From: a virus
Virus record (IMG/VR): IMGVR_UViG_3300043775_001610
Span: 46,253 to 110,252 of that record
DNA length: 64,000 nt
Direction: 5' to 3' (one strand)
The notes beneath the pieces are model-generated. The model was given only the letters and a program-made list of their open reading frames with translations. It did no database searches and was not told the DNA's origin. A program made the translations under genes and the position numbers. Shown here in pieces: positions 39,383-48,770 of this stretch (positions are counted from its first letter, which is position 1; the number at the start of each line of letters is the position of its first letter).

Positions 39383-41162
39383 TTTTGATGACCTCATTGA
39401 TATACTTGATGGAGAAGAGTTTGAAGAAAGACCTGTCGATCTAAGAACATTTGTAACAGACAAGAATTATTTAGGTCTTCCTGAGTTGTCAGAAAATCAG
39501 TATACTTTAATTGAAAAATCTTCTCAGATTTATAAAGAGTCAACTCTAATTAAACTTTTTGGTGAAAAAGAAGGTTCTTTAAGATATAAACAGACATGCA
39601 ATGAAGTTGTTGCTCAACTAGGTAAGGGCAGCGGTAAAGACTATTGTTCAACCATATCTGTTGCTTATATAGTTTATCTGCTTCTATGTTTAAAAGACCC
39701 AGCGTCATACTACGGAAAGCCACCTGGCGACTCAATTGATATTATCAACATCGCCATAAACGCTCAACAAGCAAACAATGTTTTTTTCAAGGGGTTTAAA
39801 AACAGAGTAACACATTCTCCATGGTTTGTAGGGAAATACTTTGAAAAAGCTTCTGAGATAAAATTTGATAAGAATGTTACTGTTTACTCTGGACACTCAG
39901 AAAGAGAAGCTTTTGAAGGTTACAACGTTTTAGTTGCAGTACTCGATGAAATCTCTGGCTTTGCCCTAGACAGTACTAGTGGGCACGACCAGGCAAAAAC
40001 TGCAAGTGGTATTTACGATATGTATAGGGCATCTGTAGACTCTCGTTTTCCAGATTACGGAAAAGTAATTCTTCTTTCGTTTCCACGTTTTAAGAATGAC
40101 TATATTCAGCAAAGATATGACGAAATTATTTCAGAAAAAGAAGTTATATCAAGATCACATAGATTTAAACTAGATCCAGACCTTCCAGAAAATACAGTAG
40201 GTAATGAGTTTGATATATTTTGGGATGAAGATCAAATTATTTCTTACAAGTATCCAAGAGTCTACGCAATACGTAGGCCCACCTGGGAAGTTAATCCAAC
40301 AAGAAGTATAGAAGATTTTAAAATTGCATTCTACAGAGACGTAACAGATGCTCTTGGAAGATTTGCATGTATGCCACCAGAAGCAATTGATGCTTTCTTT
40401 AAGTCTCGTGAGAAGATTGAGATGGCATTTAAAGATCTATCTATAGCAGTTGATGGTTTTGGAAGATTTGAAGATTGGTTCTTGCCAGAAGAAGATAAAG
40501 ATTACTATATACACGTTGACTTAGCTCAAAAACATGACCATTGTGCTGTATCTATGGCCCACATTGAAAAGTTTGTTAGTGTAAAAGTTACTGATACTTA
40601 CTCTCAGCCAGCACCAATTGTTAAGGTTGATGCTGTTATGTACTGGACACCTACTTCAGACAAGTCAGTGGATTTTGCTGAAGTAAGAGATTATATTCTG
40701 TCTCTTAGATCTAGGGGATTTAACATTAAGATATGCACATTTGACAGATGGAACTCTCACGACATGATGCAACAGCTCAAGCAGTATGGAATAAATACTC
40801 AAACTTTATCTGTTGCAAAAAAACATTACGATGACATGGCTATGGTAGTTTTAGAAGAAAGATTAAATGGACCTCATATACCATTGCTTGTGGATGAATT
40901 ATTAGAGTTAAGAATTATGCGTGATAAAGTTGACCACCCAAGAAAAGGGTCTAAAGACTTAGCTGATGCTGTTTGTGGTTCAATATATAATGCGATTAGT
41001 TTAACAAGAGAAGCTTTTGGAGACATTGAGGTTCATGACTATGCTTCTGTAAAAAAACAATATAGAGAAAGTTTAACACAAGAAAGCCCAAATTTAATTA
41101 AGGCACCCTCAGCAATGCCTAGGGATCTTTCTGAAGCACTAAGTGGAATGGAAATAGTATGA
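39372..41162 (+). CDS. terL: Terminase large subunit
   Basis: LGKGSGKD, VLDEISGF, nuclease HVDLA...D...DHP..GSKDLADA. Confidence 0.92.
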   Translation: MEFNFDDLIDILDGEEFEERPVDLRTFVTDKNYLGLPELSENQYTLIEKSSQIYKESTLIKLFGEKEGSLRYKQTCNEVVAQLGKGSGKDYCSTISVAYIVYLLLCLKDPASYYGKPPGDSIDIINIAINAQQANNVFFKGFKNRVTHSPWFVGKYFEKASEIKFDKNVTVYSGHSEREAFEGYNVLVAVLDEISGFALDSTSGHDQAKTASGIYDMYRASVDSRFPDYGKVILLSFPRFKNDYIQQRYDEIISEKEVISRSHRFKLDPDLPENTVGNEFDIFWDEDQIISYKYPRVYAIRRPTWEVNPTRSIEDFKIAFYRDVTDALGRFACMPPEAIDAFFKSREKIEMAFKDLSIAVDGFGRFEDWFLPEEDKDYYIHVDLAQKHDHCAVSMAHIEKFVSVKVTDTYSQPAPIVKVDAVMYWTPTSDKSVDFAEVRDYILSLRSRGFNIKICTFDRWNSHDMMQQLKQYGINTQTLSVAKKHYDDMAMVVLEERLNGPHIPLLVDELLELRIMRDKVDHPRKGSKDLADAVCGSIYNAISLTREAFGDIEVHDYASVKKQYRESLTQESPNLIKAPSAMPRDLSEALSGMEIV

Positions 41163-41395
41163 GTATATATCAAGAAAAAGCTAAAGAGTGCAAGTGCTGC
41201 AGCAAGCATGTGCCTCTACCTACAAGGCTTAAGGAGTATTCTGGAATACTAGTCTGCCCAACAACATTCGACAATATACATGAGTATAGAAGAGTTTGGT
41301 CGGAAATTGGGAAAAGACCTCCAGGCAGCATAAGAAAACATTTTTCAGAGTATGTTCAGGACATAGTTGAAAAGTCTATTGACAAAACTGATTAA
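41159..41395 (+). CDS. Hypothetical Cys-containing protein
   Basis: CKCC...CPTT. Confidence 0.6.
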   Translation: MSIYQEKAKECKCCSKHVPLPTRLKEYSGILVCPTTFDNIHEYRRVWSEIGKRPPGSIRKHFSEYVQDIVEKSIDKTD

Positions 41396-41416
41396 TAAAT
41401 ACTATAATTCAACTAA

Positions 41417-41490
41417 GCAACAATAGCTTAGTTGGTTAAAGCCCCGAACTCATAATTCGGTAATCGTAGGTTCAAGTCCTACTTGTTGCA
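41417..41490 (+). tRNA. tRNA with CAT anticodon (elongator Met or Ile2)
   Basis: Acceptor GCAACAA/TTGTTGC; anticodon arm CCGAA-CTCATAA-TTCGG; GGTTCAAGT. G1-C72 is paired, so not initiator-like. Confidence 0.9.
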
Positions 41491-41503
41491 CAGAAAGGTA
41501 GCA

Positions 41504-41842
41504 ATGTCAAAACCGTTTGATGAAGAAGATGAAGAAGAGCTGATGATTAAGATCCAGCACTATCTAGATATTGGTGCAATAAAGATTGCTGGCTTTTCAA
41601 AAGATGGTGAAGCAATATTTGAGCTTAACGAAGACGTAACTCCACTTTTAGCACCAGATTTATGGGAAGCTCATGAGCATTATGTAGAGTCAGAACTAAT
41701 AGATCTATTAAATACCGACCTTATGCAGGTAGAGTATGACGAAGATCTTCGGGTAACATATAATTTTACAGAAGAGGGATACAATATAGCAAAACAAAAG
41801 GGAATAATTCCTTTAAATACTATTGAAGATTTTGATTTTTAA
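41504..41842 (+). CDS. Acidic hypothetical protein
   Basis: SD GAAAGGT then MSKPF; the track start at 41483 lies inside the tRNA. Confidence 0.65.
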   Translation: MSKPFDEEDEEELMIKIQHYLDIGAIKIAGFSKDGEAIFELNEDVTPLLAPDLWEAHEHYVESELIDLLNTDLMQVEYDEDLRVTYNFTEEGYNIAKQKGIIPLNTIEDFDF

Positions 41843-41859
41843 TAGTATAATTTAATTTT

Positions 41860-41931
41860 ACCTCTGTAGCTCAGAGGAAGAGCAACAGACTTCTAATCTG
41901 TTGGCCGCTGGTTCGAATCCAGCCAGGGGTG
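41860..41931 (+). tRNA. tRNA-Arg(TCT)
   Basis: ACAGA-CTTCTAA-TCTGT; GGTTCGAATCC. Confidence 0.92.
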
Positions 41932-41968
41932 CGATATGAAATATCATCACTTATAAACAAGGAGAAAA

Positions 41969-42505
41969 ATGAAAACAGTAGGAGATAAGTTAGGAAATTT
42001 TGCAGTTACTGGTGTTAAGCCAGGAGCTTTGTCATATGAAGATTCCTCTTTTGAGGTAATTACACAGGATTCGTTCCCAGGTAAATGGAAGGTTATTGCA
42101 TTTTATCCAAAAGATTTTACATTTGTATGCCCAACAGAGATTGTTGCTTACGATGCTTTAGTTAATGACTTTAACGATAGAGATGCTGTCTTGATGACTG
42201 GATCAGTGGACAATGAGTTCTGTAAAATTGCTTGGAGAAATGCCCACGAGGACCTAAAGAAGACTAATTCATGGTCATTTGCAGATACAGCACACCATTT
42301 GGCTAATGATCTTGGGGTTCAACACTCTTCTGGTGTAACTTACCGTGCCACATTTATTGTTGATCCAGACAATATTATTCAGCATGTTACAGTAAACAAC
42401 CTAGATGTAGGTAGAAACCCAGATGAAACTCTTCGTGTTCTAGATGCTTTGCAAACAGGAGAGCTGTGTGCATGTAATCGATCACTAGGTGGAGAAACTT
42501 TGTAA
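41969..42505 (+). CDS. ahpC: Peroxiredoxin AhpC
   Basis: FYPKDFTFVCPTEI; C-terminal ELCACN, the actinobacterial form. Confidence 0.95.
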   Translation: MKTVGDKLGNFAVTGVKPGALSYEDSSFEVITQDSFPGKWKVIAFYPKDFTFVCPTEIVAYDALVNDFNDRDAVLMTGSVDNEFCKIAWRNAHEDLKKTNSWSFADTAHHLANDLGVQHSSGVTYRATFIVDPDNIIQHVTVNNLDVGRNPDETLRVLDALQTGELCACNRSLGGETL

Positions 42506-43017
42506 TGTTGTGGGTTGACCAGCTAAAAGATTCCTTGCCAGAGTATGCTAAAGACATTAAGTTAAACCTAGATGCTGTAATCAACAGGTCAACTATTGAT
42601 CCAGAGCATGCAACATACCTTTCTATTGCTGCAGCATTTGCTACAGGAAACTCTAAGCTACTTACTTTTATTGTCGCTAGCGCCACAGATGAAGTTGAAA
42701 AAAATGCAGCTTTAACGGCAGGAGCCATAATGGCTCAAAACAATGTATGGTATCCATTCATTGAAATGGCAGACGATCAAAATCTAAAAGGCTTGCCAGC
42801 ACAGCTAAGAATGAATTCAATTGCTTCTCATGGTGGAACAACAAAAGGAAAGTTTGAAGCTTACTCTCTAGCATCATCAATTATTGGCAAATGTCATTTT
42901 TGTGTTAAAGCACATTATGAAACATTGAAAGAAGAAGGATACACAGTTGAGCAGTTGCGTGATATCGGAAGAATTGCAGCAACAATTAATGCGTTAGCAA
43001 AGATCCTTTCGGCTTAA
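42505..43017 (+). CDS. ahpD: Alkylhydroperoxidase AhpD
   Basis: LPEYAKDIKLNL, MAQNNVWY, CHFCVKAH; coupled to ahpC. Confidence 0.92.
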   Translation: MLWVDQLKDSLPEYAKDIKLNLDAVINRSTIDPEHATYLSIAAAFATGNSKLLTFIVASATDEVEKNAALTAGAIMAQNNVWYPFIEMADDQNLKGLPAQLRMNSIASHGGTTKGKFEAYSLASSIIGKCHFCVKAHYETLKEEGYTVEQLRDIGRIAATINALAKILSA

Positions 43018-43020
43018 TGC

Positions 43021-43048
43021 AAGTCCTTGGTATGACTTAAAACTACCA
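43021..43048 (+). ncRNA. Compact H-type pseudoknot motif, copy 1
   Basis: AAGTC-CT-TGGTA-T-GACTT-AAAAC-TACCA. Confidence 0.55.
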
Positions 43049-43052
43049 GCTT

Positions 43053-43125
43053 TGCCCTATAGCTCAGTTGGTAGAGCGTCGAACTGTTAATTCGAATGTC
43101 CCTGGATCGAGGCCAGGTGGGGCAG
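43053..43125 (+). tRNA. tRNA-Asn(GTT)
   Basis: TCGAA-CTGTTAA-TTCGA; atypical T-loop ATCGAGG. Confidence 0.88.
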
Positions 43126-43126
43126 C

Positions 43127-43199
43127 GCTCCTATAGCTCAGCTGGTAGAGCAGCAGACTTTTAATCTGCGGGTCGATGGTTCGATACCATCTGGGGGCA
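43127..43199 (+). tRNA. tRNA-Lys(TTT)
   Basis: GCAGA-CTTTTAA-TCTGC; GGTTCGAT. Confidence 0.92.
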
Positions 43200-43222
43200 C
43201 AATAAAATGATTGGATAATGAT

Positions 43223-43891
43223 ATGAAAAAAGCAATTGTTACAGGTGTAAGTGGCGGTGTAGGAAACCTGCTTGCTCATACGCTATGCAATAATGGTTAT
43301 TTTGTTATAGGAACATCAAGAAATCCAGAAGCAATAAAGAATCTAAACCATGAAAATATCAAGGTAGAACGACTGGACCTTTTAGATGAGGAAAGTATAA
43401 ATAGTTTTTATAATAGGTATAAGGATGAAGCAATAGATCTAATTGTAAATAATGCATCATGCGCTGGAATTGATGGTGCTAAACATTTGTCTTCAGAAAC
43501 TCCTAAAAACTTTTTGCATTCATATATGGTTAATGTTGCTGGCCCAATGTATTTGTCAAAACTTTTTATACCCAACCTAAAAAAATCTGATAACGCTACA
43601 ATCATATTTATATCCTCATTTGCAAAAAAACATTTCTATGCTGGTGGAGGAAACTATGCCACCTCAAAGCTGTCAATATCTGGACTTGCAAAACTATTTA
43701 GGCTGGAGCTATCTCATTTTAAGGTAAAGGTTACAGAAATATGTCCAGCAGCAATTAATACCCATCAACATAATGATGGGGCGTTGGAAGCAGAAGATAT
43801 AGTAGATGCTATATTGTGGATCAGCAAATTACCTCAGAGATGCAATATAGACCTTATTGAGATATCACCTTCTATTGTTTCGCAGGGCTAG
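43223..43891 (+). CDS. Short-chain dehydrogenase/reductase
   Basis: TGVSGGVG, VNNA, YATSK. Confidence 0.88.
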   Translation: MKKAIVTGVSGGVGNLLAHTLCNNGYFVIGTSRNPEAIKNLNHENIKVERLDLLDEESINSFYNRYKDEAIDLIVNNASCAGIDGAKHLSSETPKNFLHSYMVNVAGPMYLSKLFIPNLKKSDNATIIFISSFAKKHFYAGGGNYATSKLSISGLAKLFRLELSHFKVKVTEICPAAINTHQHNDGALEAEDIVDAILWISKLPQRCNIDLIEISPSIVSQG

Positions 43892-43959
43892 ATGTGATAT
43901 AATTATAAAGGCTGCCAAATGGGGCCTAAATTAAATTATTCGCTTGAAAGGGGAATAAA

Positions 43960-44376
43960 ATGGTAACTACAACACTGGATCTTTTTAGAGATCCATTTTT
44001 TATTGGCTTTAATCGTGAGTTGGAAAGAATGGCACATGTTCATCAAATAGCAACACGCCAAACATATCCACCGTATGATGTATTAAAGCTAGATGAGGAT
44101 ACCTTCCAGGTATCAATTGCAGTAGCTGGTTTCACAAAAGAAGATATAGATGTATCAGTAGAAAATGGTACACTTATCGTTAAGGGTGAAATCACAGAGG
44201 TGACCGACGGCGAGTACCTGCACAAGGGTATTGCTGCACGTAAATTCACACGAACATTTGCTTTGGGTGAGTATATGGAAGTCATTGGGGCAAGTATTGA
44301 AGATGGAATGCTTCATGTAAATGTAGAAAGAATCATTCCAGAAGAAAAAAAGCCTAAAAAAATTAAAATTAAATAA
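43960..44376 (+). CDS. Small heat-shock protein (Hsp20, IbpA-like)
   Basis: YPPYD, AVAGF, YLHKGIAARKFTRTF, PEEKKP. Confidence 0.93.
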   Translation: MVTTTLDLFRDPFFIGFNRELERMAHVHQIATRQTYPPYDVLKLDEDTFQVSIAVAGFTKEDIDVSVENGTLIVKGEITEVTDGEYLHKGIAARKFTRTFALGEYMEVIGASIEDGMLHVNVERIIPEEKKPKKIKIK

Positions 44377-44382
44377 ATCAAT

Positions 44383-44408
44383 GACCTGAGCATGTCTTTA
44401 AACTGCTC
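44383..44408 (+). ncRNA. Compact H-type pseudoknot motif, copy 2
   Basis: GAC-CT-GAGCA-T-GTC-TTTAAAC-TGCTC. Confidence 0.55.
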
Positions 44409-44423
44409 CTTAAATTAGGAGGA

Positions 44424-44834
44424 ATGATGTTCGAGTACTATGTAAAAAAAGTCAGCAAGGTCGTAGATGGAGACACTATAGATGTCGATATCGATCTAGG
44501 CTTTGATATTTCATTTAGCTCTAGAGTTAGATTGGCTGGCATAGATACTCCAGAAAGTCGTACTACTGATAAAATGGAAAAAGCTTTAGGGCTAGAAGCA
44601 AAAGCATATTTAAAGAATGCAATTGACTCAGCTAAAACTGTTGTTATTAAAACAGAAAAAATGGACTCATCAGAAAAATATGGTCGCATTTTGGGTTGGG
44701 TTTTCTTGGACGGATCAGATAAATCTATTAATGAAAAAATGATTGAAGATGGTCATGCATGGGGCTATATGGGAGAAACAAAGATTAAAGACTTTGATGC
44801 ATTAGCAAAAGCAAGGAAGAAAAGCGGGAAGTAA
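44424..44834 (+). CDS. Thermonuclease (SNase-like)
   Basis: VVDGDTI, RVRLAGIDTPE, KYGRILG. Confidence 0.9.
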   Translation: MMFEYYVKKVSKVVDGDTIDVDIDLGFDISFSSRVRLAGIDTPESRTTDKMEKALGLEAKAYLKNAIDSAKTVVIKTEKMDSSEKYGRILGWVFLDGSDKSINEKMIEDGHAWGYMGETKIKDFDALAKARKKSGK

Positions 44835-45022
44835 TGCCAGTATATGAATATAAGTGCTCATATGATGAAGCACATGCATTAATGTCAGTAAATAGATCAA
44901 TTGCAGATAGTGATCCAGGTTATACATGTGTTGAATGTGATTCAAGTATGATAAGACATTTTACCCCATTTGGTATACAATTTAAAGGTAATGGCTTTTA
45001 TAAAACAGATAATCCTAAATAG
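44834..45022 (+). CDS. FmdB-family Zn-ribbon protein
   Basis: MPVYEYKC...CVEC...FKGNGFYKTD. Confidence 0.85.
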   Translation: MPVYEYKCSYDEAHALMSVNRSIADSDPGYTCVECDSSMIRHFTPFGIQFKGNGFYKTDNPK

Positions 45023-45073
45023 CTAAAGTGGTATAATTGCTAGGTAGACATATTGTTTACTTAGGGGCCCTAC

Positions 45074-47275
45074 TTGACAAGGAATAAGTTATTTAGAATA
45101 ACAGCAGCCACAATGCTTGCATTTGGTTGGCTCTTTATGTCACCCGCTTATTCTGATGATCCACTAAGCTTAGCAGCTCAAGAAATTGAAGAGCTAAACA
45201 ATAGCGTTGACGACCTTGGTTACAAGGATGAATTTATATCCTTAATCCAAGAAGCAAAAGACAAATATGATCTTGCCGTATCTGCAGAAGAAGCCAAGAC
45301 ACAAACCTATGACCTATATGACGACTCCCTTGACGCAAAAGCCACGGCACTTGAAGAAAAAGACTTAGCCCAATCAGCAGTAGACGGACAAACAGTAACA
45401 GTAGACACTGCTTTAGACAATAAGAATGATGCCTACGATGCCCTTGGAGTAGCAAACATCAATCTGTCAAACGCTCAGCAAGCATTAGACAGTGCTGGTT
45501 CTGCTGGTCTGGCATATGATGTTTATAGTTTAATTAGGGTTGATGGCCTTGCAGCCACAGATGAATTCTTATGTAGTGGAACACTAAATGGAAACTATAT
45601 GACTCGCCCAGTTTGTGGTAATAGATATGAAAACTTTATAGTTAAATTTACTGGACAGATAACTGTACCATCATGGTTTACACAAACTTATTTTGCTGGT
45701 TATACAGATGATGGTTTTAGAATGTATATTGATGGAGCATTAGTTGTTAATAATTGGATAGAGCAAGGAACAACTTGGAGTGCTTATTCTCCTGTATATG
45801 ATGTAACTGTAGACAAAACATTTGATGTAGAGATATGGTGGTACAACGGTGGAGGTCCTGGATCCTATCATCTTGGATGGGCTATCCCTGGAGGATGGAC
45901 TGGTGCAGGTTGTGACTATGCTGGCAACCCAAGAGTATGGGGACAAGACTTTAGTTGCAATCTTAATACATTTTCTCATGGATCTGGAGCAACCCAAGAA
46001 CAAACAAACGCCTACAACAACGCACTTGCTGCAAAGAACTCAGCACAAGATGTATATAATGACAAACTAAATGTTTATAATCAAGCAGTTTCAACATTAA
46101 ATAATTATAATCAAATATTAGTTAATAAAACAAACGAATATAACAACGCAGTTTTAAATGTTGCCACTGCATTGCAAAATAAAAATAATGCTGAAGATGC
46201 ATACGAGCAGTCAATAAATAATCTTAATAGTGCGATTGATAACGCATGGCGTTACTATGAAGAACAATTACAAAGAGAGATTCAGTCTGCTATTGCTCAG
46301 GCAGCAGCTAACGCTGCAGCCAATCAGCCTACTCCAGAACCAACTCCAGAACCAACTCCAGAACCTACCCCAGAACCAAGTACTGAACCTACAGATGAAC
46401 CTACAGATGATCCATCTCCAAAGCCTACAGAGGAACCTACAAATGAGCCAACAGAGGAGCCAAGCCCTGAGCCTACAGAAGAGCCTACTGAGGAACCAAA
46501 GCCCACTCCTACGCCAAAGCCCACTCCTACACCAAAGCCATCTACTGAGCCTACAGCAGAGCCTACAGAGGAACCAACTCCTGAACCTACAGTAGAACCT
46601 ACACCAGACCCAGAACCAACTACAGAACCAACTACAGAGCCTACTGAGGAACCCACAGAAGAGCCTACGCCTGAACCCTCACCAGAACCAGGACCAGATC
46701 CTGAGCCTGAAGAAAACCCATGGACTGAGCCAGATGTAGAAGTTAAAGATCAGGTTTTAGCAGAACTTATTCCTGAAAAGGGTACAGGAACAGCAGAAGA
46801 TTTATCTGGAGTTATTGCTAACCTTACAAGCAAGGATAACAAGTTAGTTACTCTTTCCCCTGAACAAGTAACAGCAGTTAGCCAAACACTTAGAGCCTTG
46901 ACTCAAGAAGCAAAGGCTGAGGTTGCAGAAGACCTTGGGATTAAGCCTTCAGAGGTTGCACAAATTGCTGAGCAGATGAAGTCTAACCCAGCACTGGCAG
47001 AAGCATTCGTTGAGTTTACAGATAGACAGGCGGAGGCAGGAGAAACTCCAATGCCATTTACATTAGCAGATGCAGTAACAGAAGTACAAACAGAAGCATT
47101 CTTAGCAGACCCACTTGGAACGGTATTTGCGGTGGACCCAGTAGAACTACTATCTAATTTTTCTGAATTAGGTATGGATATGACAGATGATCAAAGAGAA
47201 AAAGCGCAGGAAGTAATTGTCCCAGTGGTCATTGCATCACAAATTGCAGGGGCAATGATAAGGAGGAACAAATGA
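45074..47275 (+). CDS. Secreted or membrane-anchored protein with a PA14 domain and Pro/Glu/Thr linker
   Basis: Signal peptide; TDDGFRMYIDG...WWYNGGG (PA14); PEPT repeats; hydrophobic C-terminus. Confidence 0.8.
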   Translation: MTRNKLFRITAATMLAFGWLFMSPAYSDDPLSLAAQEIEELNNSVDDLGYKDEFISLIQEAKDKYDLAVSAEEAKTQTYDLYDDSLDAKATALEEKDLAQSAVDGQTVTVDTALDNKNDAYDALGVANINLSNAQQALDSAGSAGLAYDVYSLIRVDGLAATDEFLCSGTLNGNYMTRPVCGNRYENFIVKFTGQITVPSWFTQTYFAGYTDDGFRMYIDGALVVNNWIEQGTTWSAYSPVYDVTVDKTFDVEIWWYNGGGPGSYHLGWAIPGGWTGAGCDYAGNPRVWGQDFSCNLNTFSHGSGATQEQTNAYNNALAAKNSAQDVYNDKLNVYNQAVSTLNNYNQILVNKTNEYNNAVLNVATALQNKNNAEDAYEQSINNLNSAIDNAWRYYEEQLQREIQSAIAQAAANAAANQPTPEPTPEPTPEPTPEPSTEPTDEPTDDPSPKPTEEPTNEPTEEPSPEPTEEPTEEPKPTPTPKPTPTPKPSTEPTAEPTEEPTPEPTVEPTPDPEPTTEPTTEPTEEPTEEPTPEPSPEPGPDPEPEENPWTEPDVEVKDQVLAELIPEKGTGTAEDLSGVIANLTSKDNKLVTLSPEQVTAVSQTLRALTQEAKAEVAEDLGIKPSEVAQIAEQMKSNPALAEAFVEFTDRQAEAGETPMPFTLADAVTEVQTEAFLADPLGTVFAVDPVELLSNFSELGMDMTDDQREKAQEVIVPVVIASQIAGAMIRRNK
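46326..46715 (+). repeat. Coding low-complexity PEPT/EEPT repeat
   Basis: Roughly 12-nt units such as CCAACTCCAGAA and CCTACAGAGGAA. Confidence 0.9.
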
Positions 47276-47502
47276 AGATAATCAAAAATATGCTTAATCT
47301 TACAGGCAAGGCAATTAAGGGCTTGGCTAAATGGTTCAAAGACGCGGGAATGGAGCTAATTGCCCAGGCATTCACCCTCCTAGGCTTCTTTATAGCATGG
47401 CTAACTTTGACGGGCTCAGCTAGAGATATTGTTGGAATTGCAGTATTAATAACTACTGTAATTTGGCTAATAACTATACCACTTAGAAAAGACGATAAAT
47501 AG
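47272..47502 (+). CDS. Two-TM membrane protein (holin-like)
   Basis: Two hydrophobic helices; near the endolysin. Confidence 0.55.
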   Translation: MKIIKNMLNLTGKAIKGLAKWFKDAGMELIAQAFTLLGFFIAWLTLTGSARDIVGIAVLITTVIWLITIPLRKDDK

Positions 47503-47516
47503 TGTATAATTGTACT

Positions 47517-47738
47517 ATGAGGAAAATATTTTCTATTGCTTTAGCAGGCTTACTAATGATATCATTAAGTGCATGTTCACCAGAATCTTTAAATAGATAC
47601 CGATATCCATGCCAAGATCCTAAAAATTGGGAAATTGCAGAATGTAATCCTCCAGAATGCGAAGCTACGCAGACTTGCACAAAAGATGTAATAAAAATTA
47701 CACCTAACACACCAGAACAGGAAATAACAAATGGCTAA
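47517..47738 (+). CDS. Cys-rich lipoprotein
   Basis: Leaderless ATG 6 nt after TATAAT; lipobox SLSAC; RYPCQDP.NW...C.PP.C....C. Confidence 0.7.
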   Translation: MRKIFSIALAGLLMISLSACSPESLNRYRYPCQDPKNWEIAECNPPECEATQTCTKDVIKITPNTPEQEITNG

Positions 47739-48141
47739 ACAAAAACTAACGCCCGCAGATTTAGATGCTCGATTAAAGTTTATTCTAGGAATAACTCTTG
47801 GAAGTATTCTTTTTATGACAGCTCTTGGAATTATCTATGGGCTGTTGTTTGTAACACAACCTATTGGAGCTCAGTCAGAAAATGACAAAATGTTCTTCAA
47901 TGTTCTAGGTAGCATTGCAACATTTATTACAGGAACACTTGCAGGAATTCTAATTGGTAACTCAGGCGCTAAAGATATTATGGCAGCACAGATACAAAAT
48001 AAAGAAGTAGATGCAAAAAATACACAGGCAGATAAAAAATTAGAAGCAGAAATTGATGCAACTGCAGCTCGTTTGGCAGCAAAGCCAGATGGAGCAATGC
48101 CAGAAGAGCAACCAGTTGATCTAGATTGGGATAAAGACTAA
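47731..48141 (+). CDS. Two-TM membrane protein (holin-like)
   Basis: Two TM helices; coupled to the endolysin. Confidence 0.6.
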   Translation: MAKQKLTPADLDARLKFILGITLGSILFMTALGIIYGLLFVTQPIGAQSENDKMFFNVLGSIATFITGTLAGILIGNSGAKDIMAAQIQNKEVDAKNTQADKKLEAEIDATAARLAAKPDGAMPEEQPVDLDWDKD

Positions 48142-48770
48142 TGGCAGAACAAGGTACAGCAGCTCGTCTAATAGAAGTTGCTACAGCAGAGCTAGGAACT
48201 ATTGAAGGTCCTAAAGACAACGAAACTAAATACGGTGCTTTTATGAAAGCAAACTTCCAACCATGGTGCGGAAGTTTCGTAAACTGGTGCGGGTCAGAAT
48301 CTGGCGTAAAGATTCCTAATACTGTTTACACACCAGGAGGTGCAGCAGCATTTAAAAAAGCTGGTGCTTGGATTGATGTAGATGTTGCAGATCCAGAGCC
48401 AGGAGATATAGCGTATTTTGATTTCCCTTCAGATGGCGTCGATAGAATTTCTCACGTAGGTATTGTTGTTAAAGACAATGAGGATGGAACTGTTTGGTGT
48501 ATAGAAGGAAACACATCTTCAAAAAAGTCTGGAAGCCAAAGAAATGGCGGAGAAGTTTGCAAACAACTTCGTGCTTACAAGAAAAATAAAGCTGGTGTTC
48601 TTATTTCAATCGTAGGATTTGGAAGACCAAAGTTTGGGGCTTCAGCAACTACAGCAAAAAAGGCGGCGGCATCAAAAGATACTGCACAAAAGATACCAGC
48701 AAAGGTAGACCCTAAAGTTAAAGCAGCAATTGATTTATTAACTAAAAACGGATATACTGTATCTAAATAA
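48141..48770 (+). CDS. CHAP-domain endolysin
   Basis: PWCGSFV, PGDIAYF, SHVGIV, IEGNT, VGFGRP. Confidence 0.9.
   Translation: MAEQGTAARLIEVATAELGTIEGPKDNETKYGAFMKANFQPWCGSFVNWCGSESGVKIPNTVYTPGGAAAFKKAGAWIDVDVADPEPGDIAYFDFPSDGVDRISHVGIVVKDNEDGTVWCIEGNTSSKKSGSQRNGGEVCKQLRAYKKNKAGVLISIVGFGRPKFGASATTAKKAAASKDTAQKIPAKVDPKVKAAIDLLTKNGYTVSK

Noticed and set aside
27141-41162. Inteins or introns in dnaB, dnaE, recA or terL
   Set aside because: Lengths are normal, motifs are contiguous and no splice-junction signatures were seen.
43021-44408. Pseudoknot motif as a hammerhead, pistol, theta ribozyme or preQ1 riboswitch
   Set aside because: It lacks the CUGANGA/GAAA core in both copies, the extra stems of pistol and HDV folds, and the preQ1 loop consensus.
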